From the IMG/VR virus record IMGVR_UViG_3300037511_000399: a stretch of DNA of 60,524 bases. One strand, 5' to 3'. Source of the stretch: a virus. Positions 43,601 through 51,570 of this stretch are shown in pieces. Numbering within the stretch: position 1 is the first letter of the stretch; each line of letters begins with the position of its first letter. Under the pieces are notes generated by a model. That model saw only the letters and a list, made by a program, of their open reading frames with translations. It ran no database searches and had not been told where the DNA came from. The position numbers and the translations under genes were made by a program.

Positions 43601-44621
43601 CCGCGCGGTGTGGTGCCCCTATGAGCGCCTGACCGGGTACGCCGGCCCGCTTGCACGCGCGACCGACCTGGTTGACGGCCGCCAGACTAGCGTCACAGCG
43701 CCGTCGGGCAACGGCTCTCAAGCTGACCTCGATGCGATCATCGCCTTCGGCGGAGCTCACGCGGTCGGCGTGTCCCTCCTGTACGATCAATCCGGCTACA
43801 GCTACTCGGTGCCGTCGCTCGGCAATGATCTGATGTCGGGCGGCTCCGTCGCCTCCCCGTCCTACCCCGGGCCGCCGGTGTACCCCGGCTATCAGGGCAT
43901 CGACCCCGGAGCGATGCCGCGCATCTATGACCCGGCGCAGGGCGGCATCTCCGCCGCCAACGGCAAGCCCTCGCTGCGCTGCACCGGCAACACCAACACC
44001 ATCCAGGCGACGGGGACCTGCTTTCGGCGGGGCCCCTGCTACGGCTATCCCCCTGAGCCGTGGGACCCGGCGAACAACCTGGGCTTCACCGGCAACCCGG
44101 CGATCACGCTCTGGTGGGTCGGTCAGTGGGTGGACGACGGGCTCGGCAACGGCAGCGCGCGGTACCTCATGGAGCTCGGCGAGTTCTTCGGCCCCTCGCT
44201 GCTCGGCGGGCTCGGTCTCTCCGTGCAGGAGCCGGGGCTCAACCGGCTGTGGATCACCGGCGGCCCTGACAACCCTTCTCCGCCGTTCAGCCGGCACCTG
44301 AAGTTCAACCTGACGGTTCCGTACGGAACGATGCAGCACTACGTCGTGCGGCGCGCGGCAGGCGCGCGCTGGGACCAGACGCAGCTCTGGCAGAACGGCG
44401 TGCTGCAAACCAACGTGGTCGCGGGGTCCGGCAACACCGCAGAGCAGCTCCTGCTGCAGCCCAGCCCGTTCGGCGCCATCGCCCTGATGTGCTCCAGCTA
44501 CGAGCAGCAGTACGCCAACGGCTTTCTGCGCGCTGCCGGCGTATGCGCTCAGGCGCTGACCGACGACCAGCTCACCACGTACCTATTTCCCAACCTCAAC
44601 CGCCTTGCTGGGCTTCCGTAG
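40623..44621 (+). CDS. tail fibre / tailspike with embedded glycoside-hydrolase-like domain
   Basis: ORF-track 1332 aa. The domain order is as follows. An N-terminal jelly-roll-like region comes first. Four ~22-aa repeats (AASKSIDLAERSAGLTAQR..) follow. Next is a ~420-aa insert starting RFLQDQNGVPFRIQSESAWLM and ending ...RARWYNPTDGTYS. Then eight more repeats. A distinct ~370-aa C-terminal domain closes the protein. Confidence 0.65.
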   Translation: MPSLNANSSGTLALTSNLPGLASNTYNYTLRVFFRLLGLADQPVMTIDDAGSNYWQWWTTAAGALEIDSNTGNTALLTGLSTSEWIGIISRIDASTSRTCTRRGLAKPVFTNATDVLAASGIWLAGSGFSEHCNVVVRGWAIWDSQLTDAEMIAELQQLEPVKRATLFHYEDCGGVIAAAGRDVSGRGRNFTRAGTWIVSQWEPPVPPNRDSTQRILDAAANAYTLTAASKGIDLAERSAGLTAQRQLAAASKSIDLAEQSAVLNYGFTLPASSAALNLAERDAGLTAQRTLAAASKSINLAEQAASLSGAFPLVASASGRFLQDQNGVPFRIQSESAWLMSIYGTSSSVDSYLDDRLAKGFNTFILMPIVTSDFGGPNNANGDAPFSTAGHFSTTNNAYWNFIDTIMTKALARNMVVKFAMVYLGFGGGSQGWASEITQSYNADPVMFNYGVFLATRYASFPNVIWYTCGDYGPPTGGTLSLRVQKVRDGILSVLPDAIFGAEMDNPDTMPGDYTDFSNLDCNTAYGYGPSGRPDQTYDTADRSWGYGKPAWIGEPAYEDTAFGTDPSREGIRASQWWSITGGMVAGCSMGTKGIWDFGLSASVASRLETDVCHDTVYQNDFWSALKWYLHVPSGKTEISSRTLCSQPSANNYEHVQASMASDGSSLVAYVPPNGTGTVTFTVDLRGMAAGTLRARWYNPTDGTYSTTGLTGTFDNTQNAKSVTTPGDNGTAQGDWALLVDVPPAANAYTLTAASKSIDLAERSAGLTAQRLLTAGSAASNLAEQPAGLTAQRVLAAVAASLNMAEQAAGLTAQRVLSAASKSLDLAANDAALLYGLQLVAASKGIDLSANDVALLRALVLSVDSKALDLAGRDAALTYSSLRTLVASAASLNLTERDAGLLRTLLLAIDSKAIDLSALPATLAWSSLVTSVGAVRASRSSSRSVQVSGDHRPRSVALKRRPTYATSTRAQHTRVSGVPVPDYAVFGALPAHRAVWCPYERLTGYAGPLARATDLVDGRQTSVTAPSGNGSQADLDAIIAFGGAHAVGVSLLYDQSGYSYSVPSLGNDLMSGGSVASPSYPGPPVYPGYQGIDPGAMPRIYDPAQGGISAANGKPSLRCTGNTNTIQATGTCFRRGPCYGYPPEPWDPANNLGFTGNPAITLWWVGQWVDDGLGNGSARYLMELGEFFGPSLLGGLGLSVQEPGLNRLWITGGPDNPSPPFSRHLKFNLTVPYGTMQHYVVRRAAGARWDQTQLWQNGVLQTNVVAGSGNTAEQLLLQPSPFGAIALMCSSYEQQYANGFLRAAGVCAQALTDDQLTTYLFPNLNRLAGLP
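41280..41361 (+). repeat. 82-bp direct repeat, copy 1 (inside tail-fibre gene)
   Basis: 80 of 82 nt identical to 42858-42939. Confidence 0.9.
42858..42939 (+). repeat. 82-bp direct repeat, copy 2 (inside tail-fibre gene)
   Basis: 80 of 82 nt identical to 41280-41361. Confidence 0.9.
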
Positions 44622-44626
44622 CCACC

Positions 44627-45427
44627 CTACCGCCGGGCGCGCCCACGCGCGAGCCGTCGCGGCTCGAGCAGCGACACGTCGCTGGCCGCTCGAGCAGAAC
44701 CGTCGTTCAGACCAGGTGACGACGCGTCGCTCAGAGCAGCTCGATTCGCTTCTCGCCAGGCCCGGCCCACGATGCCGGTGCCTGGGTAGAGGTCGTCGAG
44801 CTCGTCGCTGGGCAGCAGGCCGAGCTGTTGGAACAGCCAGGCCACGAACGCGAGGGGCTTTCGACCCACCAGCGTCCCGCCGCGGCGTGCCGGGTGAGCG
44901 AACAGCCAGTCCCGGAAGCCAGGCCGCAGCCGTCGCCCCGGCACCACGATCAGCGGCTCCCACAGGTTGTGCTTGCCGTACGTGGCCGGCGCACCGTTGC
45001 CCGGCTTGATCCAGGGCGCGACGTACGCGTCCCGCGGGCAGAGCGGCAGCAGGTGGCGCAGCGAGCGCTCCGACGTCGACAGGGCCCAGCCATCGTACGA
45101 GGCCCTCAGCGACGCGATCAGCGCGACGTGGTCGACCTCGCCGGCGTAGGTCGGCTGGTCTCGGTACATCCACGCCTTGCCGGGGTAGGGCGGATCGGCG
45201 TAGGCCATGCGCAGCGCGGCCGCGGGCGACGCGTCGCTCGGCGCCGGCGTCGGGAACGCGAGCAGGCGCCGCAGCCGGAACGCGGTCTGTCTGCATCCCT
45301 TGGAGCAGAATTCGCTGTCGCGACGGGCGGTCTCAGGGACCGGGCAGTCGCACCAGCGGCAGAGCGGTCGCCGAAGTACTCCGTCGAGCGGTAGCTGTCG
45401 CTGCTCGAGTCGCGACGCGTCGGCCAA
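44627..45427 (-). CDS. DNA methyltransferase (N6-adenine/N4-cytosine class, DPPY motif) with N-terminal zinc-ribbon-like segment
   Basis: In frame of ORF 44627..45823. TTG 45427 lies just after the upstream stop. CRWCDCPV...FCSKGCRQTAFRLRR, then MAYADPPYPG (motif IV) and LYPGTGIVG (motif-I-like). Confidence 0.6.
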   Translation of the reverse strand: MADASRLEQRQLPLDGVLRRPLCRWCDCPVPETARRDSEFCSKGCRQTAFRLRRLLAFPTPAPSDASPAAALRMAYADPPYPGKAWMYRDQPTYAGEVDHVALIASLRASYDGWALSTSERSLRHLLPLCPRDAYVAPWIKPGNGAPATYGKHNLWEPLIVVPGRRLRPGFRDWLFAHPARRGGTLVGRKPLAFVAWLFQQLGLLPSDELDDLYPGTGIVGRAWREANRAALSDASSPGLNDGSARAASDVSLLEPRRLARGRARR

Positions 45428-45429
45428 CG

Positions 45430-45780
45430 TCAGCCCCCAGACGCGTCGCCCGTCGACGAGCTGGGCACGCGGGGGTGGGGCTCTTGCACGCGCGCACCGT
45501 CGACACGCAGCCACTCGTCGACCTCGTGCGCGAGGGCGCCGATCACGAGCTCGCGGATGGCTTCGGCAATGGCTTCGCGGTCCCGCACGAACGACCGCGC
45601 ATAGCGGGCTTGGTGGTTGACTGTCGTCTGCTGGCCCGAGCTCACGTCGCGAACGTTGAGCACGGTGGTGAACACGACGGCATCGCTGCGATCGTCGAGC
45701 GCCACGAGCACGCGCGCGCCGTCGATGCGGAACGCACCAAGCTCGACCGTGGGCAGCAGCACGAAGGTGCGCGCGGTCAT
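45430..45780 (-). CDS. hypothetical protein
   Basis: ORF-track 116 aa. Confidence 0.6.
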   Translation of the reverse strand: MTARTFVLLPTVELGAFRIDGARVLVALDDRSDAVVFTTVLNVRDVSSGQQTTVNHQARYARSFVRDREAIAEAIRELVIGALAHEVDEWLRVDGARVQEPHPRVPSSSTGDASGG

Positions 45781-45899
45781 GGCTTCGGCCTCGTGAGGAA
45801 CGCGAGCAGCGCGATCGCGCCAACGAAGATCAGCACCACGCCGGCAAGCACGCCGGACAGGATGTCGCCCGGCGTGACGACGAAGGTGATGCCGCTCAT
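45777..45899 (-). CDS. small membrane protein (40 aa)
   Basis: In frame of ORF 45777..46091. ATG 45899. MSGITFVVTPGDILSGVLAGVVLIFVGAIALLAFLTRPKP. Coupled overlaps at both ends. Confidence 0.45.
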   Translation of the reverse strand: MSGITFVVTPGDILSGVLAGVVLIFVGAIALLAFLTRPKP

Positions 45900-46510
45900 C
45901 GCTTTTTTCCTGTCTCGCCGGCCGGCACGACCACGCGGAACGGCTGCCGCGCTGCCGCGTCGATCAGCTGTTCGGTGAGCTGCGCGCGGTCGCGCGATTG
46001 GTGCAGCACCAGCTGTATGAGCACCTCGACGAACGGCTCGGTGCCGGTCTCGTACTTGATCAGGAACGCGTGCACGTTCGGATCGCGCCATGCGGCGTCA
46101 TAGAGCGCGAGCATCAACGAGCGGGGCACGTCCTTCGGCGCTCGGCGCTCGAGTCGATCGCGGTTCTTGAATTCGCGATACTGGTCAACCACGCGCTGCG
46201 CGAACGGGCGCACGGCATCGACGATCCGTTGCTCCCGCACCGCTTCGATCTGCGCGCCGTCGAGCAGGCCAGCGCACGCGAGGTCGACGATGTGCTCAAG
46301 CTCGGCCGTCGCAGCAGTCAGCGGCGACTGCGCTTCCCGGATCTTCGCGCGCATCTCGTCGAACACCCGCGGCGGCAGGGTGTTCCAGACGTCGCGCGCG
46401 ACCTTGATGGTGCACAGCTGCGTCACCAGGTCGTAGTCGCCGACCACTTCGCGCTCGAGCATGCGCCCGACCTCGGCCGCGAGCCGTTCGGCAGCTTCGT
46501 TGGGCTTCAT
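45896..46510 (-). CDS. hypothetical protein (204 aa)
   Basis: ORF-track. Its ATG overlaps the integrase stop (ATGA). Confidence 0.65.
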   Translation of the reverse strand: MKPNEAAERLAAEVGRMLEREVVGDYDLVTQLCTIKVARDVWNTLPPRVFDEMRAKIREAQSPLTAATAELEHIVDLACAGLLDGAQIEAVREQRIVDAVRPFAQRVVDQYREFKNRDRLERRAPKDVPRSLMLALYDAAWRDPNVHAFLIKYETGTEPFVEVLIQLVLHQSRDRAQLTEQLIDAAARQPFRVVVPAGETGKKR

Positions 46511-48087
46511 ACCGCTTCCTCCGCGTCGGTGGTCGCAGCCAGGGCGCCGAGCACGAGCTCGGCCAGCGCCACCGCGCGGACGCCCAGCTGGTCGTGGCGG
46601 GCGCCGTCGATCGCGCGGGCGGCTGCCGGAAGGGGCAGCTCGAGCACGGCCGCAGCGAGGCGCTCGGCGTCCTCGCGGAGCACCGCGCCGCGCGCCGCTT
46701 GGACCAGCATGGCGATCGCCAGCCCCTGCAGCTTCGCTGGCCCCACGCCGGCCCCAGGCGCTCCCAACCCCGCGCCAAGACTCAGATCACCAGCCGTTTC
46801 GTAAACCGTAGGTCTCGGGTTCAAATCCCGAAGATGGCTCCGGCCTGATTCAGCAGGCAGATCAGCAGCTTTCGCCGATGCTCGCGCCGAGCTCGGCGCC
46901 GAACCTGGGGCCGGCGTGGGGACGGTGGCCGCCGCAGCGGCGTGCAAGCGGTCGGGCGACAGGTGCGCGTAGCGCTGGGTCACGGTCACGTCGGAGTGGC
47001 CGAGGAAGTCGCGCACTTCCTCGAGCCGCCAGGCGCGTCCCCACGTGCCCATTAGCAGATGCGACGCGCAGGTGTGCCGCAGGTCGTGGAACCGGGCCGC
47101 GCGCACGATGCCGGCGAGCTGCCGGTGCTCGGCCCACCGTGCGTCATCCCACTTGGAGCGCATGCCGCCGGCCCTGGTCGGGAAAACAAGCGACTGAACG
47201 TCATCGCGTTGTTTTGGCGTTCTGAGCTTCTGCAGCCGATCGAGCGCGGCGCGCGCTGGCGCGAGCAGCGGCACCAGGCGGATCTTGCCGTTCTTCGGCG
47301 CCTCGGTCCTCGAGCGCCGGACCATAAGGTGAGGCGTTGCGTGGTCGAGGTAGACGTCGCCCCAGCGCAGGCCCCACAGCTCGCCCTTGCGCAAGCCGGT
47401 GTAGACCGCGACAGCGAACAGCAGCCGATACGGCTCGGGGATCTCCGCGCACTGCAGCAGCGACTCGATCTCGGCCTGGGTCAGGTACGTCCACGGCTCG
47501 CGCGTGTACTGCGCTTTCGGCAGCCGCACGCCGTGCGCGGGGTTCTCGTCGATGTGGCCCGCTTCGACGGCGTCGCGCAGGCACACGCGCAGCGTTGCGA
47601 AGATATGCGCGATCGTGTGCCGGCTCAGCGTGCGCTCGAGCTCGCGCAGACCGCCGCGGCCGTCGTGGCGACGCACACGGCGCAGCACAAGGCTGTGGAC
47701 CCAGGCGCGCAGCTGGCGCGTGCTGATCGCGTCGAGCGGGTCGTCGGCCCAGGGCTCGGCCAGCACGTGCGCGCGCAACCGGGAGCGATCGTCGTCGATC
47801 GAGCGCACCGCGCCGGACAGCTCGCGGACCTCGAGCCACCGCTCGACCCAGTCGCGCAGCGTGATCGCGCCGGATGTGGTGCCGCCGGCGGCGAGCTTGT
47901 CGAGCGCGGCTTGCAGCACGCCCGCGGCCTCGTCGTGGCTGTCGTAGGTGCCGAGCTCGACGCGCTTGCCGCCGATGCGCAGCCGGGCGCGGTGCCGGCC
48001 GTTGCGTTCCTCGATCGATCCCGCGCCCATCGGCCGCTTGTCCGACGAGCCGGCGGGCCGGCGCAAGCTGCTCGGGCGGTCAGCCAT
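46507..48087 (-). CDS. int: tyrosine integrase with long C-terminal extension
   Basis: ORF-track 526 aa. AP2-like N-terminus (RHRARLRIGGKRVELGTY). Catalytic signature TGLRKGE, HDLRHT, LGHSDVTVTQRYAH, with Tyr at about residue 373. About 150 further codons read through a tRNA-like sequence. Confidence 0.85.
   Translation of the reverse strand: MADRPSSLRRPAGSSDKRPMGAGSIEERNGRHRARLRIGGKRVELGTYDSHDEAAGVLQAALDKLAAGGTTSGAITLRDWVERWLEVRELSGAVRSIDDDRSRLRAHVLAEPWADDPLDAISTRQLRAWVHSLVLRRVRRHDGRGGLRELERTLSRHTIAHIFATLRVCLRDAVEAGHIDENPAHGVRLPKAQYTREPWTYLTQAEIESLLQCAEIPEPYRLLFAVAVYTGLRKGELWGLRWGDVYLDHATPHLMVRRSRTEAPKNGKIRLVPLLAPARAALDRLQKLRTPKQRDDVQSLVFPTRAGGMRSKWDDARWAEHRQLAGIVRAARFHDLRHTCASHLLMGTWGRAWRLEEVRDFLGHSDVTVTQRYAHLSPDRLHAAAAATVPTPAPGSAPSSARASAKAADLPAESGRSHLRDLNPRPTVYETAGDLSLGAGLGAPGAGVGPAKLQGLAIAMLVQAARGAVLREDAERLAAAVLELPLPAAARAIDGARHDQLGVRAVALAELVLGALAATTDAEEAV
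46797..46841 (+). mobile_element. attP core candidate: 3' part of a tRNA-Thr(CGU)-like sequence inside the int ORF
   Basis: Anticodon-loop-like TTCGTAA, variable AGGTC, T-arm TCGGG-TTCAAAT-CCCGA, 3' acceptor AGATGGC, then TCC. The 5' half upstream is degenerate, with only 4 of 7 acceptor pairs. Confidence 0.55.
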
Positions 48088-48323
48088 CAGCGATCGCCCT
48101 CAATCAGCAGGTGGCCGAGCCCGGCACGGCGCAGAGCCTTGTTGGCGCGGACCCGAGAGAGATCGTCGACCGGCACCAGGCGCGGGGGGTTGTACTGCGG
48201 CCGCGCGCGCTTGCGCTTACCCGTCGCTGACGCCGGCGGCACAGCTTCGGGGCGCTCGAGCGCCGCGGCGATCCGCTCCAAGGCGGACGCGATGCGGTCG
48301 AGCTCGTTGCGCGCGTTGCTCAC
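48087..48323 (-). CDS. small protein immediately upstream of int (excisionase/directionality-factor candidate)
   Basis: In frame of ORF 48087..48371. GTGA-coupled start at 48323. The stop overlaps the int ATG. The assignment rests on position only. Confidence 0.35.
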   Translation of the reverse strand: MSNARNELDRIASALERIAAALERPEAVPPASATGKRKRARPQYNPPRLVPVDDLSRVRANKALRRAGLGHLLIEGDR

Positions 48324-48661
48324 AAGCACCCCCGTCGCCACGCTGCGATCAGCTCGCGTAGCAGCAGCCACCGCTCGCCGGTCGTCTTTGTTGGTATCAC
48401 TCCGAACCGGGCCCGCGAGCCGAAGTCGGGCAGCCGCTCACCGAGCACGCGGCAGAGCAGGCGGGCGCTTCTAAGCGATGACACACTCGAACCGAGCGCG
48501 TTGCCGCTCGGAACGTGCGTGATATTCCACGACAGACTGACAGGCGCCTTGTTGGCGTCGATGGTGGGCGTGACCGCCCAGACGCCGCGGCGCATCGCCG
48601 GCGTCACCGTGAACGACTCGCCGGTTCTCATTGCAAGCTCGATGGTCGCGCGCGTTCTCAT
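48320..48661 (-). CDS. hypothetical protein
   Basis: In frame of ORF 48320..48826. ATG 48661. MRTRATIELAMRTGESFTVTP... Confidence 0.55.
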   Translation of the reverse strand: MRTRATIELAMRTGESFTVTPAMRRGVWAVTPTIDANKAPVSLSWNITHVPSGNALGSSVSSLRSARLLCRVLGERLPDFGSRARFGVIPTKTTGERWLLLRELIAAWRRGCL

Positions 48662-48960
48662 CGCATCGACCTCAGCACGTGCCGTCCGCGGTCCGTGAGC
48701 CAGCACACATGCGGCCCAGTCGACGACGGCCCGCGCCCGACCAGACCGGCGCGCACCAGGTTGTTGAGCGCGACGACGAACGCGCCGCCGCCGAAGCCGA
48801 TCTCTGCTTGAAGGTCGGTCAGCCACGTTGAGATGTAATCAACCTTGGCCTCGTGCCGTCCCAGCGCTTCCAAGATGCGATGCTCGTAGCGGTCGAGCGT
48901 GAGGCGGCCCCACAGCAGGATCGCGAGCGCGAGTGCGACGAAGGCGACGACGACGATCAC
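48658..48960 (-). CDS. membrane-anchored winged-helix-like protein
   Basis: In frame of ORF 48658..49347. GTGA-coupled start at 48960. N-terminal TM segment VIVVVAFVALALAILLW, then ...ALNNLVRAGLV...WLTDRGRHVL. Confidence 0.5.
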   Translation of the reverse strand: MIVVVAFVALALAILLWGRLTLDRYEHRILEALGRHEAKVDYISTWLTDLQAEIGFGGGAFVVALNNLVRAGLVGRGPSSTGPHVCWLTDRGRHVLRSMR

Positions 48961-49418
48961 GACGCCGCTCCCATCTGCTCGATCACGCGCGCCTCGACGT
49001 CGGCGGGCAGGTTCCACAGCCGTTGGAACCCGCGGCACGGCACCGGCTTCGCGAGCCGTCGCGTGTCCTCGAGTACCCAGCCGACGGGGCCGAACAGCCA
49101 CGGCGAATCGATCGCGTGCGCTGCTTCGGCGACCGACGCGATCGCGCCCCACTTGTGCGCCGCCGCAGTGCCGGTCTCGACCCAGCCGATCAGCTTGGTG
49201 GTCGCGAACACGACGCCGGCAACGGAGTCCTCGGGCAGCTTGCCCACGCCGAGCGTGCGTTTGATGAACGCGAGGCCGTCGTAGTCGTAGTGCTCGCCGG
49301 CGTGCAGGGCGAAGCGCTGGCCGACCAGGTCGACGGGCGGCTTCCACGATCGGTTTTCGACGAGCTTGCCGTGCAGCATCGCGACGTCCCAGGGGCGGTG
49401 AAGTGTGAGCGCGCGCAT
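48957..49418 (-). CDS. ASCH-domain protein (putative)
   Basis: In frame of ORF 48957..49517. ATG 49418. MRALTLHRPWDVAMLHGKLVENRSW resembles the ASCH N-terminal motif. Confidence 0.55.
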   Translation of the reverse strand: MRALTLHRPWDVAMLHGKLVENRSWKPPVDLVGQRFALHAGEHYDYDGLAFIKRTLGVGKLPEDSVAGVVFATTKLIGWVETGTAAAHKWGAIASVAEAAHAIDSPWLFGPVGWVLEDTRRLAKPVPCRGFQRLWNLPADVEARVIEQMGAAS

Positions 49419-49720
49419 CAGCCGTTCCCCGCGCCCGGCTTGGCGGCGTCGAACGCGTCTAAGGCATCGCGTGCAGCGACTTCGTCCTTGCATGCGCTGC
49501 ACCAGTCTCGGCAACAAGCAGCAGCGTGTTCCCAGCAGATCGATTGCTTGAACGACAGGAGCAGCTCGACCTCGCGCTTCAGCTGCGCGTGCTCGGCGAA
49601 CAGGCGAGACAGCAGGCTCATGGTGCTGGTCGCGACGCTGCGCCCGAGTAGCCCGGACACGATCGCCTTCAGCTCATCCTCGCTCAGCACCGGCGCGGGC
49701 TTGGCTTTGGGTGCTGTCAC
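49418..49720 (-). CDS. hypothetical protein
   Basis: In frame of ORF 49418..50260, GTGA-coupled start at 49720. Confidence 0.55.
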   Translation of the reverse strand: MTAPKAKPAPVLSEDELKAIVSGLLGRSVATSTMSLLSRLFAEHAQLKREVELLLSFKQSICWEHAAACCRDWCSACKDEVAARDALDAFDAAKPGAGNG

Positions 49721-49947
49721 GCCTTGCTCGCTTTCCTGCGCCGGTTCAGCGCGCCACGCAGCGCATTGATCACGCGGTCCAGCTTCGCGACCTTCGCTTT
49801 GAGCCGTTCGATCTCGCGACCCGCGCAGACCGGGCACTCGGGTTCCTCGAGGTGGAAAGTCTCGTACGCCCAATAGCGCCCGCACTCGATGCAGCGGCGG
49901 CGCTCGAGCCGGATCGTGGGTGTGGTGTTGCAGAGGTCGTCGCTCAT
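49717..49947 (-). CDS. zinc-ribbon plus coiled-coil small protein
   Basis: In frame of ORF 49717..50232. ATG 49947. CIECG...CPVC, then a helical tail. Confidence 0.55.
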   Translation of the reverse strand: MSDDLCNTTPTIRLERRRCIECGRYWAYETFHLEEPECPVCAGREIERLKAKVAKLDRVINALRGALNRRRKASKA

Positions 49948-50375
49948 CAGAACAGCTCCCCTGCGGCCTTGCGTGCGCGCCGCGTCTGCCGCGCGTTCTT
50001 CGCGTGCTCGTGCCGGTCGAGTCGAAGGTGGCAGCGCTGGCAGAGCGCGAGCAGGTTGCTGTCGGCGTTGTTCGTCGGGTCGTGGTCCAGGTGCGCGACC
50101 GTGAGCACGATGCGAACCGCGCGCGCGCAGTCGGGATCGCCGCCCGCGCAACCGCCGCACGGAGCGTGGTAGGCGAACCGCGCCGGCCGCTTCGGGTCGC
50201 GCAGGACAAGCTCGCCGTTCGCTGCGCAGCAACGCGGCGCGCCCGCTTGGTCGTGCTCATCGCCGCACTGCCCGGTGCACTCGCAGCGGTTGGCTGCGCG
50301 CTCGCGAATGCGCTTGCTGATCGCGGGCCAGTCCCGCGGGTAGAGCGCGCGCTGCGATTCGCGGATCGGGCTCAT
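49947..50375 (-). CDS. HNH endonuclease
   Basis: In frame of ORF 49947..50822. ATG 50375. VAHLDHDPTNNADSNLLALCQRCHLRLD is a classic H-N-H motif. Confidence 0.8.
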   Translation of the reverse strand: MSPIRESQRALYPRDWPAISKRIRERAANRCECTGQCGDEHDQAGAPRCCAANGELVLRDPKRPARFAYHAPCGGCAGGDPDCARAVRIVLTVAHLDHDPTNNADSNLLALCQRCHLRLDRHEHAKNARQTRRARKAAGELF

Positions 50376-51172
50376 GCTGCAGCCTCGAGCGCGTGCGCCT
50401 TGGGGTACGGCAGCGACGCGGGCAGGTGCCGACGTAGGCGCCGATCGAGCGCCCATAGGTATCGGTGATTGCCGCGGTGCCGATACGTACGGCTGACCGC
50501 GCCGATCGCGCGCGTGCACCACGCGCGCCAGTCGCCGTCGGGCTCGGGCGCGCCGTGGCGCAGCAGCAGCTCGACCACGTAGCGCCAGCCGCGGTCGCGC
50601 AGCCGCAGCTTGGACAGCGCGCGCGGGCTCAGCACCGTACCGTCGGGCAGCAGGCGTTGCGTGCTGGGCTTGGTGAGCCCGCGATACGTCGCGTTGGTCG
50701 CCTGGTAGATCGTGCCGAGGTGCCCGGCGAACACCGCTTCGCCATGCGCGTTGGTGCGCTGCCACGGATCGGAGTGCGCGACGATGCCGGCGAAGCCATC
50801 GCGCGCAGCGAGGTCGAAGCACCGCGCCAGAAACCAGCTCTCACCATTGGCCGGCACGTTGTCGAGCAGCACGAAGCGCCCGAGCTCGGCGCGCGCACTC
50901 GCGTCGACCGGCAGCGGACACGACACCTCGAGCGCGGCCTGGCTCGGTGGCTGCGACAGGACGGCGACGCCAACGAGCTCGTCGCGGCGGTACAGGCCGA
51001 AGCGCGCCCGCGCGGCGGGGAACGAGCCCGAGTAGTGATGCTGCTCGACGAACGCGCGCGCGATGCGGTCGGAGTCGATGCGCGCGACATCGTAGAGCGC
51101 GGTGCGGATCGGCTCGCCGGCGGGGCGGTAGCTGTCGCGGCGGTCGCGCCAGCGCTGACAGGCGATCGTCAC
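50372..51172 (-). CDS. Mom-like GNAT-fold DNA-modification protein (putative)
   Basis: In frame of ORF 50372..51235. GTGA-coupled start at 51172. The pattern QHHYSGSFP...FGLY...ELGRFVL...VAHSDP...GHLGTIYQATNATYRGLT parallels the pattern recalled for phage Mu Mom relatives. Confidence 0.45.
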   Translation of the reverse strand: MTIACQRWRDRRDSYRPAGEPIRTALYDVARIDSDRIARAFVEQHHYSGSFPAARARFGLYRRDELVGVAVLSQPPSQAALEVSCPLPVDASARAELGRFVLLDNVPANGESWFLARCFDLAARDGFAGIVAHSDPWQRTNAHGEAVFAGHLGTIYQATNATYRGLTKPSTQRLLPDGTVLSPRALSKLRLRDRGWRYVVELLLRHGAPEPDGDWRAWCTRAIGAVSRTYRHRGNHRYLWALDRRLRRHLPASLPYPKAHALEAAA

Positions 51173-51570
51173 GGCGCGTCGCCCCCTTTCCGAGCGCAAG
51201 CGCAGTCGCTCTTGCGTCCGTGCGTGAGGTCGCACTTCGCGTCGCGCTCGATGAACGCCTCGCGCAGCCGCCGCGTAGCTTCGACGATCGCCGGCTCCGA
51301 CTTGAACGCGCCGCGCAGGTCGGCGCTCAGCAGCACGTCGAGCAACGCCTGCGCGGCTTCGTCAGCTTCGCGCAGGCAACCGGCCTCGAGCGCGTCGGTG
51401 GGCCAGCCCTCGAGCACGTTCCAGCACACCGCGATGCGGCGCGCTGTCAGTCGCTTGGTGTCGCGGTTGTCGCTGCCGTCGCCGCGCCAACGGTCGCCGC
51501 CGATGTCGACAGAGCAACCGCCCTTGCCGGTCGCGGGCGCTGCGTGGATGCGGTGTAGCCGGTCGGTCAC
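51169..51570 (-). CDS. hypothetical protein
   Basis: ORF-track 133 aa. Confidence 0.6.
   Translation of the reverse strand: MTDRLHRIHAAPATGKGGCSVDIGGDRWRGDGSDNRDTKRLTARRIAVCWNVLEGWPTDALEAGCLREADEAAQALLDVLLSADLRGAFKSEPAIVEATRRLREAFIERDAKCDLTHGRKSDCACARKGGDAP

Noticed and set aside
40623-44621. Diversity-generating retroelement targeting the tail fibre, suggested by the 82-bp repeat pair.
   Set aside because: No reverse transcriptase is present anywhere in the genome. The two mismatches between the copies are A/G transitions in both directions rather than adenine-specific substitutions. Neither copy lies at the C-terminal variable position expected for a DGR.
46766-46841. A full-length functional tRNA-Thr gene inside the integrase ORF.
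   Set aside because: The 5' half is degenerate. Only 4 of 7 acceptor pairs form, there is no credible D-arm, and the anticodon stem has a mismatch. It is better read as an attP core copied from a host tRNA 3' part.
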